Source of the DNA: an uncultured Bacilli bacterium
GTDB taxonomy: Bacteria > Bacillota_I > Bacilli_A > RF39 > UBA660
Direction of reading: 5' to 3'
Assembly: GCA_934129945.1 (NCBI GenBank)
Contig: CAKOXC010000002.1
Location: 53,747 to 117,746 of the forward strand
DNA length: 64,000 nucleotides
This document shows, piece by piece, positions 58,451 to 64,000 of the stretch. Every line of letters starts with the position of its first letter. Within the stretch, counting starts at the first letter, position 1. A program made the position numbers and the translations under genes. The notes beneath the pieces are model-generated. The model searched no databases, was not told where the DNA came from, and saw nothing but the letters and a program-made list of their open reading frames with translations.

Positions 58451-59305
58451 CTATTTTATTCCTTCAAGTTTCTTTTGCGCTTTTATTTCTAATTTTTTCT
58501 TTTCTTTTTCAAGCTCTTTTAAACTTTTTTCTGGTGTTGGCATTTCTTCAGGCATTATTCCACCAATATCTGCGATTGCTTTTCTAACTTTTTTCCCAAC
58601 CTCATAATGTACATCTTTTGCTTCTTTTTCTCCTTGTACATTATCTTTTAAAAGTTTTTGTTTTGTTTGATTTATTCTAAATAAATTAGCAACTAATTCA
58701 TCTTCATTCATATTATCCAAAATATCTTCTCTATAACGTAATTTTTTTCTTTTAAAAATATCGTCAGCAGTTTCTCCATTATATAATCCTTTATATCCTG
58801 CATTATGAAATTCAGCCATATTTTTAACGCCAGCAGATGAAGCGACCTTTTGTAATGTATAATTACCTTGTCTTGTTAACTTTCTTTGATAAAATCTTTT
58901 TTCATCATCTGATAATGAATCATATTCTTGCTCTGTTATTTCTTGTTTTCTTGTTTGTATAGCAAAATATGTTTGTCCTAAAGCAACAACTTCTTTATTT
59001 GGATCAGCATTTTGTACTATTAAATAACATATATATCTTGAAAGTTTATAATCTTTAATAATTTCTTCTTTGCCTTTACCAGTTTTTATTGGCTTGTTGA
59101 CCTCAACAACCCAATCTTCTTCGCTTGAAACGCTGTTATTTGCTGCTAAAACTGCTTTATCTATTACTTTTTGAAAATTTCTCCAGTCTTTATATTCCAA
59201 TACTTTTTGTAATTCACGCGCATACCAATATTCATTTTCATATTCATCTATATGTTTAATATTCTCAAAAATATTGTTAGTATATCTATCTCCAAGTTTC
59301 TTCAT
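58451..59305 (-). CDS. DinD-like protein, copy 2
   Basis: 284 aa paralog of 10725..11543. Confidence 0.5.
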   Translation of the reverse strand: MKKLGDRYTNNIFENIKHIDEYENEYWYARELQKVLEYKDWRNFQKVIDKAVLAANNSVSSEEDWVVEVNKPIKTGKGKEEIIKDYKLSRYICYLIVQNADPNKEVVALGQTYFAIQTRKQEITEQEYDSLSDDEKRFYQRKLTRQGNYTLQKVASSAGVKNMAEFHNAGYKGLYNGETADDIFKRKKLRYREDILDNMNEDELVANLFRINQTKQKLLKDNVQGEKEAKDVHYEVGKKVRKAIADIGGIMPEEMPTPEKSLKELEKEKKKLEIKAQKKLEGIK

Positions 59306-59383
59306 TACTATCTCCTTTTTTATTGATTTATATAAAAGTTTTCCATAAGTCGATTTTTACATCTATAATCCAATTTTTTTGTA

Positions 59384-59983
59384 TTAATTAATTTTGTTTA
59401 ATTTATTGTAACTTCCTGTTTTTGATAAAACTTTATACCCTTCTTTTTGTCTTAATTTTTTTCTTTCATCTACATCAAGTACTAATACTTTCTCTGCTAT
59501 ATCAATATGTAATACTCCGTCTAAATGATCAAGTTCATGAGAAAGTACGGTTGATTCAAATCCTTCAAAAACATCTTCATGTTTTTCACCATTTAAATCA
59601 ATATAATCAACTAAAATCTTATATGGTCTTTTTACTAGTCCTGTATTATTAAGACAGCTAGCACAAGCTTCCCAGTATTCAGTTAATCCTTCACGTAATT
59701 TTACAACAGGATTTATTAAAACCCTTGCCTCATTATATTTTTCGTCGTCTTCAGTAGCAGTATCTTCTTGCATTTTATTTATTATATCAAGATTAGTATT
59801 CTTTAAATAAATTAACCTCTTAGGAATTCCAAGTTGAACAGCTGCCATAGCCATAACTCTATTTTCCTTACAGTATTTCTCTAATATCTTTATATCATTT
59901 AGTAAATCTTCATCATTAAGAACTACTTCCTTTGATATTTGTCTCAAAAATTCTTCATCATCATAAATTGTTATAGCCTTCAT
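59384..59983 (-). CDS. peptide deformylase paralog (atypical motif 2)
   Basis: Motif 1 MAAVQLGIP, motif 3 HELDHLDG present. Motif 2 reads EACAS instead of EGCLS. Confidence 0.6.
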   Translation of the reverse strand: MKAITIYDDEEFLRQISKEVVLNDEDLLNDIKILEKYCKENRVMAMAAVQLGIPKRLIYLKNTNLDIINKMQEDTATEDDEKYNEARVLINPVVKLREGLTEYWEACASCLNNTGLVKRPYKILVDYIDLNGEKHEDVFEGFESTVLSHELDHLDGVLHIDIAEKVLVLDVDERKKLRQKEGYKVLSKTGSYNKLNKIN

Positions 59984-60429
59984 TTTATAATCTCCATTTC
60001 TTCAAATAATTTTTCTATTCTATTATAATATATAACTTAAAAACCATAAATATCAAATTAAACACTAAATCAAATTTTGTCCGAATATCACAGGCATCTG
60101 TAACTATTTTATAACTAGTTTTTTTGTTCAACTTTTTTATTTGATGGTTGAAGTTGATTAAATAAATTTGAAAAACATAAGTTAACCAGAATGTATTTTT
60201 TTCTTGAAATCAATATAATCGGACTGTAAAATATAATACCATTACAGGAAAAATTATAGATAAGAAAGAATAAAATTATAACCACGTTTTTTACAACAGT
60301 AAAAATGAAACGTTGTAAAAATATAATAATATTCATAATTATTATCACTATATAAATATAATGTTGGTAGTGAACAACTAATTCCATTCTAAGAAACTGT
60401 ATAAGCTAATTTAACTTCATTTTCTATAT

Positions 60430-60610
60430 TATTTAAATATGATTCATTATTTTCAATTTCCAACCTGTTATATTTACTAATTTCATGTAATACCTTTTCT
60501 ACATTATATAATCATTTATATCTTGCATTATGAAATTCAGCCATATTTTTAATATCAACAACTAAACCAACTTTTTGAAGTGTATAATTACCCTGCTTGT
60601 TCTAATTTAC
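60430..60610 (-). pseudogene. remnant of a third DinD-like gene (internally deleted)
   Basis: 60511-60605 is about 80% identical to 58790-58880 of copy 2 (AEFHNAGYKG region). 60440-60510 weakly matches the N-terminal region. Confidence 0.45.
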
Positions 60611-60676
60611 TAAAATTTTAATCATGATAAAATATTAATATCCTACATGTTTTATTAATATTTTAAAAATTTATGA

Positions 60677-62362
60677 TTATTTTTGAACTTTTCCATTATT
60701 TATATGGATTATTTCATCAAAATTTTTAATTAATTCCATATCATGACTAATCACAATAATGGTTTTATTTGTTGCAAGTTCATCTAGTAGTTCTTTAATA
60801 TATTCTGTATTTTCTTTATCTAAAGCACTTGTAGGTTCATCAAATAAAATAATTTTTGATTTTTTTACGATTGCTCTTGCTATTGCTATCCTTTGTTTTT
60901 GACCACCTGATAAATTTGTTGATTTATCATTTATTATTGTATTATAACCTTCAGGCATCTTTAATACAAATTCGTCTAATTTAGCTTTTTGACAGGCATC
61001 TTCAAAATCCTCTTTGGTAGCATTCTTGTTTGATAATAGAATATTATCTTTTATACTTATATTAAAAATAAAGGGATCTTGATATACAACAGATATATTA
61101 TTAATTATAGATTCTTTGTCTAATTCCTTCAAATCAACATTATCGATTTTTATGCTTCCTTTATAATCATCATAATAATGTAACATCAACTTCATAATTG
61201 TTGTTTTTCCAGATCCACTTTTTCCTATCAATGCTGTCTTTTTGTTTGGCTTTATTTTAAATGAAATATTTTTTATTACAAATTTAGAATTGTTGTATTC
61301 AAAATTTACATTGTCAAATTCTATATTTCCTTTGACTTTATCTAATTTTTTTGTCCCAAATCTCTCTTCTTTTATTTCATTATTTGATAATATTTTCATA
61401 TTTTTTTCAATATTTTTGATAAAACTTGGAACATCAATACTATTTTCTATAATATGATTAAAATATATATTTATAATATTACTTATATATGTACTTAATA
61501 AAATTACTTTAGTTGTATCAAAATCAAATTTTGAAATCAATATTATTAAAATTAATATCAAAAATAAATCTGATAACTTCCAAATGTCCCATCTTATAAC
61601 ATTTGTAGTTACCCAATAATTTGCTTTTTTATCTTTTAAACTACAAAGTTCATCATTAATATCTTTATATTTTTTTACATATGTCTTTTCAGCGTCTAAA
61701 ACTTTTAATTCTTTAAATCCTAATATTGTTTGGTTTAACAAGGTTGATGCTTCATATGTTTTTTCATATTCTAAATTAGTAACTTTTTTTGTTTTTGAAA
61801 TGTAGACTCTTGTTAATATTGTTAACAGTAATAAAACTATTGCTACTAATAACCAAATTATAAAATCGATAAAAAATATAATTATAAACAAAATAATTAA
61901 ATATAAAACTTTTGTCACAGCCCATAAATATTTTGTTAATATGCTAATCATTTGTTCATTTGCATTTTCGACTGTCGTAAATAACTCTCCAACATTTATT
62001 TTTTCAAAGTCTGAATGTGACATTTTTATAATTTTTTTATAAAGATTTATTCTTATTTTTTGAGCAAATTTTATACTAACCTTTTTAGATATTTTATGAT
62101 GATAATAATGTAAAATATTAAGGCCAATAAATGACACTATCATATAGATGATTATATATTTAATTGCTGTATCAAAATTTTTTTCTATTACATTTGATAA
62201 TGAATATGATAAAGTTGTATTTGTTACAATTTCAGATAAAATAAATAGCACCATTAAAATTAAAGATATTATATACCATTTTTTATATTCCTTTGTATAA
62301 TCAAGTACACTTTTTATAGCCGTTATAAAACTCATATTATTATTTTTAGTACTTTTATTCAT
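60677..62362 (-). CDS. ABC exporter, fused permease-ATPase (MsbA/MdlB-like)
   Basis: 561 aa, 5-6 TMs. Walker A GKSGSGKTT, signature LSGGQKQRIAIARA, Walker B ILFDEPTSALD. Confidence 0.8.
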   Translation of the reverse strand: MNKSTKNNNMSFITAIKSVLDYTKEYKKWYIISLILMVLFILSEIVTNTTLSYSLSNVIEKNFDTAIKYIIIYMIVSFIGLNILHYYHHKISKKVSIKFAQKIRINLYKKIIKMSHSDFEKINVGELFTTVENANEQMISILTKYLWAVTKVLYLIILFIIIFFIDFIIWLLVAIVLLLLTILTRVYISKTKKVTNLEYEKTYEASTLLNQTILGFKELKVLDAEKTYVKKYKDINDELCSLKDKKANYWVTTNVIRWDIWKLSDLFLILILIILISKFDFDTTKVILLSTYISNIINIYFNHIIENSIDVPSFIKNIEKNMKILSNNEIKEERFGTKKLDKVKGNIEFDNVNFEYNNSKFVIKNISFKIKPNKKTALIGKSGSGKTTIMKLMLHYYDDYKGSIKIDNVDLKELDKESIINNISVVYQDPFIFNISIKDNILLSNKNATKEDFEDACQKAKLDEFVLKMPEGYNTIINDKSTNLSGGQKQRIAIARAIVKKSKIILFDEPTSALDKENTEYIKELLDELATNKTIIVISHDMELIKNFDEIIHINNGKVQK

Positions 62363-62459
62363 AAAACTAAATTCCTTTCCTAATTTTATATCAGCATATC
62401 ATAAAATTGATTAGTTTTACAAGACCTCCTAAACATAAATATTTTATTAAAATAATTCA

Positions 62460-63035
62460 TTATTTTAATAATAGTAAATTTTTCTCTTGAATTTCATATT
62501 CACTGATTAAATAATGATATTTATTTGCTTGAGCAAGTAAATCACTCTTTTTTAATTCAAATAATAATTTTATGTCTTCTTTTGAAAATAATTTTAATAT
62601 TTTTTGAAGCTCATTTTGTTCTAATTTACCAAAATTTAAATCATGATAAACTATTAATTTAGATACTTTATTTTTTAAATCATCAGGAATATTAAACTTA
62701 TTACAGAACTTTAGAAATATTTCATTTGATTTATTCCAATGATTATAAAAATGACCAACTTTATTTTCGTCTTCTTTATAAACATAAGGTTTACCTATAT
62801 CATGAAATAAAGCTGCAAGTCTTAATGTTAAATTATTAGAAACACCATCAACTACATGAAGAATATGTTCATAAACATCATAAGTGTGCCATTCATTATT
62901 TTGATTAAATCCCTTAGATTTTTCTAATTCTGGAATTAATAGAAAAATTTCTTTTTCATGATCTTTTATTAATTTACTAGGCTTATCACTCAATAAAATA
63001 TTAAATAAATTTTTAACATTGTCCATTCTTTTCAA
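62460..63035 (-). CDS. HD-domain phosphohydrolase
   Basis: H...HD motif (ALFHDIGKP). Confidence 0.65.
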   Translation of the reverse strand: MKRMDNVKNLFNILLSDKPSKLIKDHEKEIFLLIPELEKSKGFNQNNEWHTYDVYEHILHVVDGVSNNLTLRLAALFHDIGKPYVYKEDENKVGHFYNHWNKSNEIFLKFCNKFNIPDDLKNKVSKLIVYHDLNFGKLEQNELQKILKLFSKEDIKLLFELKKSDLLAQANKYHYLISEYEIQEKNLLLLK

Positions 63036-63079
63036 CTCACTTTTATAAACTATATTAATAATATCATATCTATTTATTT

Positions 63080-64000
63080 TTAGATATTAAATTCATAATT
63101 CAAGTCTATATTTTTAGTTTTTTCATTTATTATTAAACTGTTTGTTGTAAGTAGTAAACTTGCAATAGAAATAGCACTATTTAAAGAAGATATTAATACT
63201 TTTGTAGAATCTAAAACAGTAGTATCATCAATATTTTCAAACTTATCAGTGACAAGATTATATACTTTTTTATAATTGCTTTTTACTATTTCATTTTTTA
63301 TTTCATTATAATCAAGCATAGCATTATCAATTATTTTTTTAAATGGTTTTTCTAATATATTTTTCAAAATAAATTTTTCATTTAATTTTGCTGCTACTTC
63401 TAAGTATGAAATACCTCCACCTATAGATACTCCTTCATCAAGAGAAAAAATAGCATTAATTGCATCATCAAAATGCATTTTAGTTTCTCGTATTTCTGTA
63501 TTTGTTTTACCACCAACTTCTATTAAAGCAAGGCCATTTTTTAACATTGATTTTCTTCTTTGATAAAATTCAATATCAAAATCATTAGTTAAATCATTAA
63601 TGGCTAAATTAATTTTATTTACATAATCTTTAATATTAATATCAAAATATATAGTAGTTTTTTCTTTATTAATTTTAATTTCTTTTAAAATTCCAAAATA
63701 ATAATCTTCTTTAAATATTTTAGCGCCACTTATTTTCACTATATCCTGAGATATTAAAAACTTTCTAATTCCATATTCAGGATTTTTTAACAAATAAATA
63801 TTTAAATCACTATCATAGTTTATGGCTAAAACATTATTAATTAAATCTTCATCATAATCATCTGCTAAAATCACTAAATCTTTTTTTCTATCAAGGCATT
63901 CATTAATAATATCACTTACAGTTTCTAAATCTTCTATTTTATTATTAGTTACTAAAATGTAAGGATTTTTTAACTCTATCAAATTACTATCTTTAAAAAA
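63080..64000 (-). CDS. highly divergent GroEL/Cpn60-family paralog, C-terminal ~300 aa; gene runs off window end
   Basis: Alignable with GroEL residues about 200-525: NPYILVTNNKIEDL vs SPFILLADKKISNI; GLALIEVGGKTNTEIRETKMHFDDAINAIFSLDEGVSIGGG vs [49 protein letters not shown] vs ILDPTKV. No GGM tail. Much more divergent than a housekeeping groEL. Confidence 0.6.
   Translation of the reverse strand, partial: FFKDSNLIELKNPYILVTNNKIEDLETVSDIINECLDRKKDLVILADDYDEDLINNVLAINYDSDLNIYLLKNPEYGIRKFLISQDIVKISGAKIFKEDYYFGILKEIKINKEKTTIYFDINIKDYVNKINLAINDLTNDFDIEFYQRRKSMLKNGLALIEVGGKTNTEIRETKMHFDDAINAIFSLDEGVSIGGGISYLEVAAKLNEKFILKNILEKPFKKIIDNAMLDYNEIKNEIVKSNYKKVYNLVTDKFENIDDTTVLDSTKVLISSLNSAISIASLLLTTNSLIINEKTKNIDLNYEFNI

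Noticed and set aside
60115-60387. 90-aa ORF MELVVHYQHYIYIVIIIMNIIIF...
   Set aside because: Ile/Phe-rich low-complexity translation of AT-rich spacer with no SD. It lies beside the DinD remnant and is most likely non-coding.
1-64000. Mollicute-type genetic code (TGA=Trp) suggested by extreme AT richness and one ORF that continues through an in-frame TGA
   Set aside because: All large conserved proteins (parC, parE, topA, relA, uvrC, comEC) are intact under the standard code with no internal TGA, and the sporulation and competence genes indicate a walled Firmicute.
1-64000. CRISPR arrays, rRNA operons, intact IS elements or prophage
   Set aside because: No regularly spaced direct repeats, no rRNA-like conserved segments, and no transposase or phage structural genes were seen. 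The only tandem repeats are the 3-copy promoter cassette and the 2x44-nt repeat at 24879-24972.

Overview
This is a strongly AT-rich segment (by eye about 25-30% GC) of a low-GC Firmicutes chromosome that uses the standard genetic code. The organism is evidently a spore-former, since the window carries spoIIP, gerE, a gerM-like gene, a spoVB-like gene, a yjcZ-like gene and a ylbD/ylbE-like pair. Several conserved housekeeping blocks keep Bacillus-like synteny. They are lepA-yqxA-spoIIP, comEA-comEC...holA, parE-parC, ruvA-ruvB, rimM-trmD...rplS, efp/rpmG/PBP, nfo, def, dtd-relA-comN|spoVB, xerC...topA, and rbgA-rnhB. Accessory or unusual material sits between these blocks. The main items are listed here. 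(1) A conserved ~65-nt promoter/leader cassette occurs three times, immediately upstream of comEA-comEC, of an Rpn-family PD-(D/E)XK nuclease gene, and of a C39-peptidase ABC exporter operon. (2) That exporter operon contains two unannotated, translationally coupled double-glycine-leader peptide genes, consistent with a class IIb two-peptide bacteriocin. (3) An insertion splits the otherwise universal trmD-rplS junction. It carries two unknown genes plus a 30-aa hydrophobic peptide gene that has its own strong promoter and SD and faces a convergent promoter/terminator-delimited small transcript, an arrangement resembling a type I toxin-antitoxin locus. (4) A large Ser/Thr/Asn-rich surface protein has a C-terminal FGE-sulfatase (SUMF1/DUF323)-like domain with an unusually GC-rich 3' end. 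A truncated paralog of that domain is fused to the 3' end of dtd. (5) DinD-like genes (two intact, one remnant), Rpn-family paralogs (two), a YhcG-like nuclease split by a 17-nt insertion, a frameshifted GNAT gene, a truncated RhuM-like gene, a second atypical peptide deformylase, and a highly divergent GroEL paralog running off the window end. No rRNA genes, CRISPR arrays or intact IS elements were recognised. One tRNA-Arg(TCT) is present.
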